64,000 nt of DNA from Variovorax sp. (GCF_035634955.1 NZ_DASQBZ010000022.1:100730-164729), one strand, 5' to 3'. Positions 53,179 to 62,353 are shown, counted from the first letter of the stretch. The notes: generated by a model not told the origin, from the letters alone. Translations and numbers: made by a program.

Positions 53179-53327
53179 GGCGCCGATGGTGATGCCGGCG
53201 CGCCGGCGCCGGCATGCATCCTCGCGTGCGCGGACATGCGAATCCGGAATGCCCGGGGCATCGTCCGACACCGACTGGCGCCGCTTTCCCTTGCCCGGCG
53301 CTGGGAGGGCGCGCAAAGTCCCGCGCC

Positions 53328-53744
53328 ATGGACGACAGCAAGAGCTCGTGGTATTCGCGCTTTGCCAAGGTGGCGGCGCGCTTCTGTGGCCGGCCGCATG
53401 TGTTCACCATCGCGGCCGCGTTGATCGTCGTGTGGATCGTCAGCGGGCCGCTGTTCGGCTTCAGCGACACCTGGCAGCTGGTGATCAACACCGGCACCAC
53501 CATCGTCACCTTCCTGATGGTGTTCCTGATCCAGAACACGCAGAACCGCGACACCGAGGCGATGCAGGTCAAGCTCGATGAACTGATCCGCGCGACGAAG
53601 GGCGCCCACAACGCCCTGCTGGACCTGGAGGAACTCGAGGAGGACAAGCTCGAAGCGTTTCGCCGGCGCTACCAGGCACTGGCCAAGCAGGCGCGCGGCG
53701 AGATCGACCTCGGCGCGGTGGATACGGACTGTCCCGAGGCTTGA
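53328..53744 (+). CDS. Low-affinity iron permease family protein
   Basis: 'GPLFGFSDTWQLVINTGTTIVTFLMVFLIQNTQNRDTEAMQVKLDELI'. Confidence 0.88.
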   Translation: MDDSKSSWYSRFAKVAARFCGRPHVFTIAAALIVVWIVSGPLFGFSDTWQLVINTGTTIVTFLMVFLIQNTQNRDTEAMQVKLDELIRATKGAHNALLDLEELEEDKLEAFRRRYQALAKQARGEIDLGAVDTDCPEA

Positions 53745-53750
53745 GCGCTT

Positions 53751-53767
53751 CCGGGCCTCCTGCCCGG
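53751..53767. terminator. Short hairpin between convergent iron permease and hcp genes
   Basis: CCGGGC-ctcct-GCCCGG, with no U-tract. Confidence 0.3.
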
Positions 53768-53768
53768 C

Positions 53769-54251
53769 TCACACCTTCTTGTTCGCGGCAATATCCCAGC
53801 CGATGGTCTTGGCCGCGCCGCCGGCGCCCTTGGCATCCTGAGGCACGTATTCGTACTTGAACTTGCCGAAGTTCAGCGTGACGTTCTCGGTCAGGCGGTC
53901 CTCGCCGCCGCTGCCGCCGGTGCTCACCGACGAGACGATCAGGTCGTTGAGCGTGATCTTGATGTATTCCAGCGGAGTCTCGCCCGCCTTGCGCACCACC
54001 AGCGTCGCCTCCTCGATGTGCTTGCCGTTGCAGCAGGCCAGCAGCAGCGCATGGGAGGCCGAATCGATGTACTTGGTGAGCGACAGGTCCTGCACGTTCA
54101 CCTTGCCGGAGCCGGCGCCGCCGCCCATGTGCGCGGTGCCCGACTGCGACACGCCCCAGTTCCAGGCCAGGACGTCGATCTCCTTCTTGTGCTTGTCGTC
54201 GGCCGACTCGCCCTCGATGTCCTTGATCTTGATAAACATGTCTACGGCCAT
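53769..54251 (-). CDS. hcp: T6SS tube protein Hcp (TssD)
   Basis: 'MAVDMFIKIKDIEGESADDKHKKEIDVLAWNWG', 'QDLSLTKYIDSAS', 'ENVTLNFGK', 'GWDIAANK'. Confidence 0.97.
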   Translation of the reverse strand: MAVDMFIKIKDIEGESADDKHKKEIDVLAWNWGVSQSGTAHMGGGAGSGKVNVQDLSLTKYIDSASHALLLACCNGKHIEEATLVVRKAGETPLEYIKITLNDLIVSSVSTGGSGGEDRLTENVTLNFGKFKYEYVPQDAKGAGGAAKTIGWDIAANKKV

Positions 54252-54400
54252 GATGCTCACCTTTCGGATGTGTGGGTGGAACGACGGTGCTGTCCGGATC
54301 GCTGCCGAGGCGGTGGGCTGATCCGGGAGCTATCTGGAAGACGAACCAGCCGGCCCGGTTGAAAGACGCGTCCGGCCGGCCGGCGAAAACCTCCTTCGCG

Positions 54401-55900
54401 TCAGCCGGCGCCCTTGGCCGAGGGAAGCTTGGAGACGAGCCGCAGCGACACGGTCAGGCCTTCGAGCTGGTAGTGCGGGCGCAGGAAGAACTTGGAGGCG
54501 TAGTAGCCGGGGTTGCCTTCCACCTCCTCCACGACCACCTCGGCGGCGGCGAGCGGGCGTCGCGCCTTGGTCTCTTCCGACGAGTTGGCCGGGTCGCCGT
54601 CCACGTAGTTCATGATCCACTTGTTGAGCCAGCGCTCCATGTCCGCGCGCTCCTTGAAGCTGCCCACCTTGTCGCGCACGATGCACTTGAGGTAGTGCGC
54701 GAAGCGGTTGCAGGCGAACAGGTACGGCAGGCGCGCGGCCAGGTTGGCGTTGGCGGTAGCGTCCGGATCGTCGTACTCGGCCGGCTTGTGCAGCGACTGG
54801 GCACCGATGAAGGCGGCGAAGTCGGAGTTCTTGCGATGGATGAGCGACAGCAGGCCGGCCTTGGACAGCTCCGCCTCGCGCCGGTCGCTGATGGCGATCT
54901 CGGTCGGGCACTTCTGGTCGACACCGCCGTCGTCACTCGGGAAGGTGTGCAGCGGCAGGTTCTCCACCGCGCCGCCGGACTCGATGCCGCGAATGCGCGA
55001 GCCCCAGCCGTACAGCTTGTACGAACGGTTGATGTTGGTGGCCATCGCATAGGCGGCGTTGGCCCAGGCGTACTTGCCGTGGTCGGCGCCGTCGGTGTCC
55101 TCCTCGAAGTCGAACTCTTCCACCGGGTTGGTCTTGGCGCCGTAGGGCGTGCGCGCCAGGAAACGCGGCATGCACAGGCCGATGTACTTGGAGTCGTCCG
55201 ATTCGCGCAGCGAGCGCCAGGCGGCGTATTCGGGCGTGGAGAAGATCTTGGTCAGGTCGCGCGGGTTGGCCAGCTCCTGCCACGATTCCATCTGCATCAG
55301 GTTGGGGCTTGCGCCGGTGATGAACGGCGCGTGCGCCGACGCCGCGATCTTGGCCATCTCGCCGAGCAGTTCCACGTCCGGCGGGCTCTGGTCGAAGTGA
55401 TAGTCGCCCAGGATGGCGCCGAACGGCTCGCCGCCGAACTGCCCGTACTCCTGCTCGTAGATCTTCTTGAACAACGGGCTCTGGTCCCAGGCCGTTCCCT
55501 TGAATTTCCTGAGCTGCTTGTGCAGTTCCTTCTTCGAGATGTCCATCACCCGGATCTTCAGGTTCTCGTCCGTCTCGGTGTTGTTGACCATGTAGTGCAG
55601 CCCGCGCCACGCGCTCTCGAGCTTCTGGTAGTCCTCGTGGTGGATGATCCGGTTGACCTGCTCGGTGAGCTTGGCGTCGATGGCCGCGATCATGGCCTGG
55701 ATCGACTGCGTCACATCCTTGCCGATGATCGTGGTGTTGGCCAGCGCCTGCTGCGCCAGCGTCTGCACGGCGGCCTCGACGGCGCTGCGGGCCTCGTCGC
55801 TGCGCGGCTTGAACTCCTTGCTCAGCAGCGACGAGAAGTCGCTGCCGGCGTATTCCACTTCCTTGAGTGCGCTTTGCTGCTGTTCGGCGGCGTCGGCCAT
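54401..55900 (-). CDS. tssC: T6SS sheath large subunit TssC
   Basis: 'QKLESAWRGL', 'EYGQFGGEPFG', 'HAPFI', 'CPTEIAISDRRE', 'LRPHYQLEGL'. Confidence 0.97.
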   Translation of the reverse strand: MADAAEQQQSALKEVEYAGSDFSSLLSKEFKPRSDEARSAVEAAVQTLAQQALANTTIIGKDVTQSIQAMIAAIDAKLTEQVNRIIHHEDYQKLESAWRGLHYMVNNTETDENLKIRVMDISKKELHKQLRKFKGTAWDQSPLFKKIYEQEYGQFGGEPFGAILGDYHFDQSPPDVELLGEMAKIAASAHAPFITGASPNLMQMESWQELANPRDLTKIFSTPEYAAWRSLRESDDSKYIGLCMPRFLARTPYGAKTNPVEEFDFEEDTDGADHGKYAWANAAYAMATNINRSYKLYGWGSRIRGIESGGAVENLPLHTFPSDDGGVDQKCPTEIAISDRREAELSKAGLLSLIHRKNSDFAAFIGAQSLHKPAEYDDPDATANANLAARLPYLFACNRFAHYLKCIVRDKVGSFKERADMERWLNKWIMNYVDGDPANSSEETKARRPLAAAEVVVEEVEGNPGYYASKFFLRPHYQLEGLTVSLRLVSKLPSAKGAG

Positions 55901-55934
55901 GGTGTTCTCCTGGTGGATCGGTGGGGCCGCGTGC

Positions 55935-56456
55935 TCAGGCAGCGGCCGGCGGCTCGGCGGCGGGCTTGGCGGTGGCGGCCAGGGACTTGAGCAGTTCCGG
56001 GTCGTCCAGCACCTTGGCCAGCAGGTTCTCGGCGCCGCCCTTGCCGTCCATGTAGGTGACCAGGTTGGCCAGCTGGGCACGTGCCTGCAGCAGCTTGTCG
56101 AGCGCGTCCACCTTGCGTGCCACGGCGGCCGGCGAGAAGTCGTCCATGCTCTCGAAGTTCAATTCGACCTTGAGATTGCCCTCGCCGGTGAGCGTGTTGG
56201 GCACCTCGAACGCGGCGCGCGGCTTCATGGCCTTCATGCGCGAATCGAAGTTGTCCACGTCGATCTCGAGGAACTTGCGCTCCCCCGGGGGCGTGACCTT
56301 GTCCGGCTCGGCCGGCTTGCCCGACAGGTCGGCCAGCACGCCCATGACGAAAGGCAGCTGGATCTTCTTCTCGGCGCCGTACAGCTCGACGTCGTACTCG
56401 ATCTGCACGCGCGGCGCCCGGTTGCGGGCGATGAACTTCTGACTGCTCTGGGCCAT
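55935..56456 (-). CDS. tssB: T6SS sheath small subunit TssB
   Basis: 'SSQKFIARNRAPRVQIEYDVE..LPFVMGVLADLSG', 'FESMDDFSP'. Confidence 0.97.
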   Translation of the reverse strand: MAQSSQKFIARNRAPRVQIEYDVELYGAEKKIQLPFVMGVLADLSGKPAEPDKVTPPGERKFLEIDVDNFDSRMKAMKPRAAFEVPNTLTGEGNLKVELNFESMDDFSPAAVARKVDALDKLLQARAQLANLVTYMDGKGGAENLLAKVLDDPELLKSLAATAKPAAEPPAAA

Positions 56457-56511
56457 GGTCTTCTCCTTGCGGGGGAACTGGGTCGTGACGGGCGGTATGC
56501 GCTACGGCGTG

Positions 56512-57558
56512 CTACTGCGCCTGGGCCGACTGCCTGCCCGTGACGGTCTCGATGGTGTCGATCGCGCCCGGTGCCAGGTCGGCCATGATCTCCATGAAGC
56601 TCACGCCGATGAGCTTCTTGGCGCGCATGATCAGCAGCGGCGCCGGATTTCCCGGCTCGGTCTGCTGCAGGTAGTGGATGACGCGGTCGAGCACCTGCAG
56701 CGCCTCCTGGCGGCTGCGGATCTCGGTGCGTTCGCCGGAAGCGCCGTCGACGCGGTCGCCGCCGTCGTCGATGGCGCCACTCGCCGAGGCGTGGCCACCT
56801 GCCGGCGAGGTGCCTGCACCCGCCTCGAGCGGGGCGCAGGCCTTGGCGAGCATGTTGCAGATGCCGCGCAGCGGCGCCAGGTCGATCGCGTCGCCTCGAC
56901 CGGTGTGCCGCGACAGCAGCGCCTGCAGTCCGTCGACCTGCGCCGCGAGTGCGGCCAGCGTGCGGATGCGCTCGGGCGCCTGCGCATGGATGCTGGCGAG
57001 CGCGCCGTCGATCTGCGCCGGCGATGGCGCGGCCTCGCCAGCCGGCGCGGCGAGCTGGCCGTGCGCAATGGCCACATCGCGCACGCGCAGCGCACCGGTG
57101 CCACGCGCCACGCCGATCTGCGCGTCGTACAGGTCGCGCAGCACCGTGCGTTCGTCGGCGAGCGGTGCCAGCGCGTTCAGCCGCATGGTGGGGTCGTTGC
57201 CGTCGTCCGCATCGAGTTGCGGATGCAGCGTGTCCCAGTAGCGTTCGAGCAGCCCGCCGAGCAGTGACAGGCACTGCGAGAAGCCTTCGATGCCTTGCAG
57301 GCGCGTGCTGGCGCGCAGCAGCAGCATGGCCACGCGCGCATCCTTGCTGCGTGCCAGCAGTGACTGCGCCTGCTCCTGCACGAGTCGCCAGTCGGGCTCG
57401 ACCGCGGCAATGACGGTGTCGCCGAACTGCTGCTCCGGCTTGCCCTGGGACGCCGAATCCAGCGCGATGTAGGCGCTGTCGTATTCGAGGTTGTCGCCCG
57501 TCGGCGAGTCCTCGCTGATGGGCGCCTGCAGTTCAGCTACACGTTCGGGTGTCAGCAT
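56512..57558 (-). CDS. tssA: T6SS TssA (ImpA-N domain)
   Basis: 'PISEDSPTGDNLEYD', 'PDWRLV..LLARSKDARV', 'RYWDTLHPQLD', C-terminal 'IRSRQEAL..EPGNPAPLLI'. Confidence 0.93.
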   Translation of the reverse strand: MLTPERVAELQAPISEDSPTGDNLEYDSAYIALDSASQGKPEQQFGDTVIAAVEPDWRLVQEQAQSLLARSKDARVAMLLLRASTRLQGIEGFSQCLSLLGGLLERYWDTLHPQLDADDGNDPTMRLNALAPLADERTVLRDLYDAQIGVARGTGALRVRDVAIAHGQLAAPAGEAAPSPAQIDGALASIHAQAPERIRTLAALAAQVDGLQALLSRHTGRGDAIDLAPLRGICNMLAKACAPLEAGAGTSPAGGHASASGAIDDGGDRVDGASGERTEIRSRQEALQVLDRVIHYLQQTEPGNPAPLLIMRAKKLIGVSFMEIMADLAPGAIDTIETVTGRQSAQAQ

Positions 57559-57560
57559 GG

Positions 57561-57588
57561 TTGTCGCCTGGCGTTGACTGGGGATAAT
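57561..57588 (+). promoter_or_regulatory. Possible sigma70-type promoter for tssJ
   Basis: TTGTCG-N16-GATAAT in the short divergent tssA/tssJ gap. Confidence 0.3.
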
Positions 57589-57630
57589 CAAAGATGCACC
57601 CAGCACGGTCAATGCAACGAAGGCAATAGC

Positions 57631-58179
57631 ATGCACGCCAACCGAACCGGCCTTTTGCCCTATGCGCATCGCGCGCGACTCGCTGCGCAGGCGCCCGGGG
57701 GCCGCATCGCGACGCTGTCGCGCCGGCCGCTTCTCGTGGCCGGCGCACTGGCGGTGCTGGCGGTGCTGGCGGGCTGCGCTTCTGCGCCCAAGCCGGTGGT
57801 GACCGCGGTCACGCTCGACATCACGGCCGCGGCCGACCTCAACCCCGACGCGCGCGGCCGTGCCTCTCCGCTGACGGTGCGCGTGTACGCGCTCAAGACG
57901 CCGGGCGTGTTCCAGTCGGCCGACTTCTTCTCGCTCTACGACAAGGACAGCGCCACGCTCGGCGCCGAACTGGTCAAGCGCGAGGAATTCCAGCTCGCGC
58001 CGGGCGAGAAGAAGACGCTGCAAATGACGCTGGAGCCCGATGCCAGGAGCCTGGGCGTGATGGCGGCCTACCGCGACCTGGAGCGCGCCCGCTGGCGCGA
58101 CCTGCAGCCGTTGCAGGTCGGCCAGGGGAACAGCTTCAAGTTGAACCTCGGCGCGCGGCAGGCAAGCCTGTCCAGATAG
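57631..58179 (+). CDS. tssJ: T6SS lipoprotein TssJ
   Basis: Lipobox 'VLAGC', 'DLNPDARGRASPLTVRVYAL', 'FQSADFFSL', 'GVMAAYRDL..WR'. True start may lie further downstream. Confidence 0.92.
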   Translation: MHANRTGLLPYAHRARLAAQAPGGRIATLSRRPLLVAGALAVLAVLAGCASAPKPVVTAVTLDITAAADLNPDARGRASPLTVRVYALKTPGVFQSADFFSLYDKDSATLGAELVKREEFQLAPGEKKTLQMTLEPDARSLGVMAAYRDLERARWRDLQPLQVGQGNSFKLNLGARQASLSR

Positions 58180-58203
58180 CCGCCGGGCTGGCGCGGCGCG
58201 CGC

Positions 58204-59304
58204 TCAGCGGCGAAGGCGCGCGAAGGCGCGTTCGGCCGGCAGGAATCGCCCGAACAGGTCGTCGACGAAGGCGGCGCGCGGTGCCTGCGCGTCGTTGCCC
58301 GGCGCCGCCACGAAGTAGAGCCCGCGTCCGCGCAGCCGATAGGGCGCGCCGCCCGGGGCGAACAGGCGCTTGAGCAGCAGGCTCAGGCCGGCCTGCAGCG
58401 CCAGCCACTGGTCGAAGAAGCGGTGCACGGCCAGTTGATGGCCGGCATCGGCGTGGTCGCGCACGAGCCCCATGCGCAGCGCGCGCAGCCGATTGCCCAG
58501 ATCGTCCAGCGCGTCGTCGATCACCAGCAGCGCGCCCGGCGGCACGCGGATTCCCACGGCTTGCGCCGGCATCGGCTCGGGAAGCAGTTCGCGTACCGGC
58601 GCGTAGCCGGGCAGGCGGTCCAGCCCGGTGACCAGCACCTGTGTGGGCAGGCGCAGGCGCAGATGCTGCGAGGCCTCGTCGGCGCGCCGGCGCAGGCGCG
58701 CCGCCAGGTCGGCCGCGGCATCCGGCGTGCGCAGTATCTGCTGCGCATCGACGCACAGCACGATGCCGTCCAGCGGCAGCGCGCTGCGCCGCTGCGCCAG
58801 CAGCAGCAAGGCCGCGTACCAGCGCGCCAGCGCCGACCGCGCCTGCGCCGAGTCTTCCTGCGCGCTTGGCAGTTCGACGAGCAGGGGATCGAGCTCGATG
58901 GCCACGAGCTGCGGCAGCAGGTGCCAGCGCCAGAAGGTGCGTGGCAGCCTGCCGTGCGAGGGGGCGGCCGGCGCGGCGGCATGCATCAGGTCGCCGACGC
59001 GGCTGTCGGACTCTCCGAGGAACAGCACCCACGGCCGGTGATAGAGCGCCATGCGGCCCGCACCCGGCTGCGCCGCCTGCAGCGCGGCGCATGCCTGGTC
59101 GAACGTGTCGCGCAGCGCCTGCGTCGCAGGCGCGTCTGCGGCGGCATCCTGCACCCGCGCCAGTGCCCCGCGCAGCGAGCGCAGCCGGCGCCACCGCCGG
59201 GCGCCGCGCACGGACCACCACAGCAGCGCCAGGCCGGCGCAGCAGGCCAGCGCCAGCTTCCACAGCCAGGCGGTCTCGAGGGCGGCCTGCAGCGCCGGGT
59301 TCAT
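58204..59304 (-). CDS. Stand-alone truncated TssM-like protein (TM plus cytoplasmic IcmF N-domain only)
   Basis: 'LYHRPWVLFLG', 'FWRWHLLPQLVAIE', 'RSALPLDGIVLCV', 'LRLPTQVLVTGLDRLPGY', 'RGRGLYF' parallel TssM motifs. Ends at 366 aa. Confidence 0.7.
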   Translation of the reverse strand: MNPALQAALETAWLWKLALACCAGLALLWWSVRGARRWRRLRSLRGALARVQDAAADAPATQALRDTFDQACAALQAAQPGAGRMALYHRPWVLFLGESDSRVGDLMHAAAPAAPSHGRLPRTFWRWHLLPQLVAIELDPLLVELPSAQEDSAQARSALARWYAALLLLAQRRSALPLDGIVLCVDAQQILRTPDAAADLAARLRRRADEASQHLRLRLPTQVLVTGLDRLPGYAPVRELLPEPMPAQAVGIRVPPGALLVIDDALDDLGNRLRALRMGLVRDHADAGHQLAVHRFFDQWLALQAGLSLLLKRLFAPGGAPYRLRGRGLYFVAAPGNDAQAPRAAFVDDLFGRFLPAERAFARLRR

Positions 59305-59323
59305 GGCGGGGCCCCGGCGGCAG

Positions 59324-60646
59324 TCACTGGCGCTCCACGGTGTCGAGCTCGATGATGTCGGCTGCCAGCCGGTCGTCACCGCGCTGGGCGGCCAGCATCT
59401 CGCGCAGGCGCTGGAGGTAGGCCGAGGCCAGCTCGAACGGCGGCCGGTCCTCCGTCCCCGCGATGGGCGAGGGCGAAGCCAGTACCGTGACCATCACCGT
59501 GCCGAACGGCGGACTGACGAGCCAGCTGGCCGGGATGTCCTGCCCCAGGTCGAGCTGCTGCCCGGCGGCGAGGGCCTGGCGCGGCCGGCCGGCCAGCAGG
59601 TGGAGCACCGAACCGTCGGCGGTGTAGTAGTCCACCCAGAAGTTGCCGTCGAACGCAGCCTGGCGCACGCGCAGGACGACCGGATCGCCCTCGCGCAGCC
59701 GGCCATCGCGGGCGGAAGGGGCGCTGATGCGCAAGCCGTAGCCCTTGGCCTGGTTGCGGGCCTGGTAGGGCTTGAGGATGGCGTGCACTTCGCAATGCGG
59801 CCACGGACGCAGGCCCAGGTCGAAGCGCGCCGCGCTGACGCCGGGCACGTCCTGTACTTCGCGCCGCACGGCCTGCATGTCCTGCGGGCGGGAGACGAAG
59901 CCGCCGACCCGCACGAGGCCGCCTTCGGCCTGCACGTTCAGGTCGGCGCACGGCAGGTGCTGCAGTTGCGCGTCGACGCGCTGGGCCAGCGAGGGGCGCG
60001 CCTCGCCGTGGCCGGCCAGCAGCAGCCAGCCCAGCGCCAGCACGGGCATGAGCAACGCGAGCAGTGCGCCGCTGGTGAGCACGCGGCGTTCACGCAGCAG
60101 CGCCTGGCCCGGGCGCGCCGGATCGGGCACCTCGTAAGGTTGCGGCGTCAGGCGCGCGTCGTCGTGCGGCGCCAGCGGGGGCGTGCGCAACTGGCGCCCG
60201 TGCAGCGCCTTGAGCTTGCCCAGCTCCCCCCGGTCGCCGTCCTCGAAGTAGTACTGGCCGGCAAAGCCCAGCGCCAGGGCGGTCCAGTAGACCTCGCGCA
60301 GCTCGTCGTCCTGCGGCTGCAGGCCCGACAGGTGATGGAAGAACTCGGTGCGCGCGTTGCCGGAGTTGAACAGGCGCTGCTGCACGGGCGTGTCGGCGCC
60401 CGGAACGTCGTGCCCGGCCGCGCGCGACAGGATCTCGTCGACCCAGGCCGCCATCGCGAAGCTGGCCGACTCGATCGCCGGGCCGGGATAGCCGGCGGCG
60501 GCCGCTGCCGCCCGCGCCTGATCGAGCAGGACGAAGGCGCGCTCGCGCTGCGCCGCATTCGCTGGCGGGTCGGCGCGCGCCGGCTGGCCCGCGAGCATGA
60601 GGCCATGCTCGATCAATGGAGAAAAGAAGTCGAGCAGGCGAGTCAT
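59324..60646 (-). CDS. Second TssL/DotU-family protein with BON-like and DUF4384-like C-terminal domains
   Basis: DotU motifs 'FAMAAWVDEIL', 'QQRLFNSGNARTEFF', 'REVYWTALALGFAGQY'. TM, then 'VRVGGFV', 'RPWPHCEV', 'LREGDPVVLRV..VDYYTADGSVLHL..VSPPFGTVMVTVLAS'. Confidence 0.8.
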   Translation of the reverse strand: MTRLLDFFSPLIEHGLMLAGQPARADPPANAAQRERAFVLLDQARAAAAAAGYPGPAIESASFAMAAWVDEILSRAAGHDVPGADTPVQQRLFNSGNARTEFFHHLSGLQPQDDELREVYWTALALGFAGQYYFEDGDRGELGKLKALHGRQLRTPPLAPHDDARLTPQPYEVPDPARPGQALLRERRVLTSGALLALLMPVLALGWLLLAGHGEARPSLAQRVDAQLQHLPCADLNVQAEGGLVRVGGFVSRPQDMQAVRREVQDVPGVSAARFDLGLRPWPHCEVHAILKPYQARNQAKGYGLRISAPSARDGRLREGDPVVLRVRQAAFDGNFWVDYYTADGSVLHLLAGRPRQALAAGQQLDLGQDIPASWLVSPPFGTVMVTVLASPSPIAGTEDRPPFELASAYLQRLREMLAAQRGDDRLAADIIELDTVERQ

Positions 60647-60774
60647 GGCGTCTCGCCGCCTTTTCGGGCCGCGGTGGCTGTGGCCGTGCGCCGGCAACTC
60701 TGGCAGACGCTCATCGTCCCACCGCGTTTTGTGAAGTGAAGCGAATTCTTCCCAGCGCTCCCGCGCCGCACCAT

Positions 60775-60795
60775 ACGGCATGTGAGCTATGCCGT
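60775..60795. promoter_or_regulatory. Dyad ACGGCAT-N7-ATGCCGT between divergent tssL2 and response regulator genes
   Basis: Perfect 7-bp arms. The core 60777-60794 matches 10468-10485 at 16 of 18 bases. Confidence 0.55.
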
Positions 60796-60884
60796 TAGAA
60801 AGGCGCGACGCCTTGCTGAGTAATGCTTTCGACGCTATCGTCGGCGTCTTAGAAACATAACGGCCACATTCCCTGGGAAATGTC

Positions 60885-61592
60885 ATGAAGATCCTGATCG
60901 CCGACGACCATCGGCTCGTCACCGAGGCGGTCAAGTCCAAGCTGTCCGAGATCGAGGACGGCATCGAGTTCCTGATCGCGCTGAGCGTGGACGAACTGCT
61001 GGGCATGGCCTCCGACGACGTCGACCTCGCCGTGGTCGACCTCAACATGCCGGGGGCGGACGGTTATTCCCACATCGACGAATTGCGCCGGCGACACCCC
61101 AGCGTGCCGGTGATCGTGCTCTCGGGCCACGAGGACCCGCAACTTATGCGAGCGGCGCTCGAGCGCGGCGCGCTGGGCTTCATTCCCAAGGCCTACTCGC
61201 CCGAGGTGATGCTCTCGGCGGTGCGGCTGGTGCTTGCCGGCGGCGTCTACGTGCCGCCGATGATGCTGTCGGCAGTGCCGAGCGGCGTGATCGCCGCCAG
61301 CGGCGCGGAAGCGGCGCCCGGCATGGCCGGCGGCCTGGCGCCACGGCCGGCGGGCAGCGGCGCCGCCACGCTCGACAGCCTGCGCAAGGTGCTCACCGAG
61401 CGCCAGGTCGAGGTGCTGCAGCTGTTGTCCCAGGGCAAGCCCAACAAGCTGATCGGCCGCAGCCTGGGCATCAGCGAGGGGACGGTCAAGATCCACCTGG
61501 CGGCGATCTTCCGGGCGCTGAACGTGCGCAACCGCACCGAGGCGGTGGTCGCGGCGCAGAGCCTCAACGAAGCCTCCACGTCGTCCAGCTGA
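60885..61592 (+). CDS. NarL/LuxR-family response regulator
   Basis: REC 'ILIADDHRLV..VVDLNMP..FIPK' and HTH 'LTERQVEVLQLLSQGKPNKLIGRSLGISEGTVKIHL'. Confidence 0.95.
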   Translation: MKILIADDHRLVTEAVKSKLSEIEDGIEFLIALSVDELLGMASDDVDLAVVDLNMPGADGYSHIDELRRRHPSVPVIVLSGHEDPQLMRAALERGALGFIPKAYSPEVMLSAVRLVLAGGVYVPPMMLSAVPSGVIAASGAEAAPGMAGGLAPRPAGSGAATLDSLRKVLTERQVEVLQLLSQGKPNKLIGRSLGISEGTVKIHLAAIFRALNVRNRTEAVVAAQSLNEASTSSS

Positions 61593-61608
61593 TCGCGGGC
61601 GCGGCGAA

Positions 61609-61630
61609 CCGGCCCCGTGGGCGGGGCCGG
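61609..61630. terminator. GC-rich hairpin between convergent genes
   Basis: CCGGCCCCG-tggg-CGGGGCCGG, a 9-bp stem with no clear U-tract. Confidence 0.4.
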
Positions 61631-61655
61631 ACGCATCCGGCCCCGGGCCTGCCGG

Positions 61656-62288
61656 TTACTGAGCCTTCTTGGCCTTCGCGGCCGGCTTGACCTGCACGGC
61701 CAGCGATTCGGTCACGCGCGCGGCGACCTGGTCGCCCACCTTGACGTCCTTGATGGCCTGTGCGTCGCGCACGACCACGTCGACCAGGTTGCCCTGCGGC
61801 CCCTTGAGCGTGACGATGTTCTTCTTCTTGTCGACCGCCTCGACATTCGCCACGACGGTGGTCACGGCCACCGCTGCGGCGCCGGGCTTCTCGCCGGGCG
61901 CAGCGACGGCACCGCCTTCGGTTTCGACGCGCTGGCGGATCTCGTCGCCGCCCTTGAGCAGGGCGAGCGCGACGCCGACCCGGTAGGTCAGCTGGACGCG
62001 GTCGCCCACCTTGACCTGCGCCAGGTTCTTGACGGCAGGATCGACGCGAAGGTCGGCGATGTTGCCTCTCGGTCCCTTGATCGAGACGACGCGCTGCGCC
62101 ACGTCGACCTGGGTGATCTCGCCCACGACCGTCACCGTCTGCACGCCGCCCTTGGCGTCGGCGAGTTCGACCGTCTTGTGCGCGGGCGGCGAGGCCGCCT
62201 GGGCCTGCGTGGCGATGGCGCCCAGGCTGAGCGTGAGGGCGCTTGCCGCGGCAACCAGCGCGCCGTGACGAGTGGAAAGCTTTCGCAT
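61656..62288 (-). CDS. Exported protein with two tandem OB-fold-like repeats
   Basis: Signal peptide. Repeats 'EITQVD..VVSIKGPRGN..QVKVGDRV' and 'NVEAVD..IVTLKGPQGN..DVKVGDQV'. Confidence 0.7.
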   Translation of the reverse strand: MRKLSTRHGALVAAASALTLSLGAIATQAQAASPPAHKTVELADAKGGVQTVTVVGEITQVDVAQRVVSIKGPRGNIADLRVDPAVKNLAQVKVGDRVQLTYRVGVALALLKGGDEIRQRVETEGGAVAAPGEKPGAAAVAVTTVVANVEAVDKKKNIVTLKGPQGNLVDVVVRDAQAIKDVKVGDQVAARVTESLAVQVKPAAKAKKAQ

Positions 62289-62353
62289 GAAGATTCTCCT
62301 GAACGGGGCCGGTGTTGACGGCGGCCGGCCCGTGTCCGCCGGGTAATGACCCC

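Noticed and set aside
49340-53770. Transporter islet as a mobile element
   Set aside because: No transposase, integrase, terminal inverted repeats or target duplication could be found by eye.
58310-58345. YRLRG in the TssM stub as another protease-site motif
   Set aside because: It corresponds to the conserved TssM 'RGVYF' motif and is cytoplasmic.
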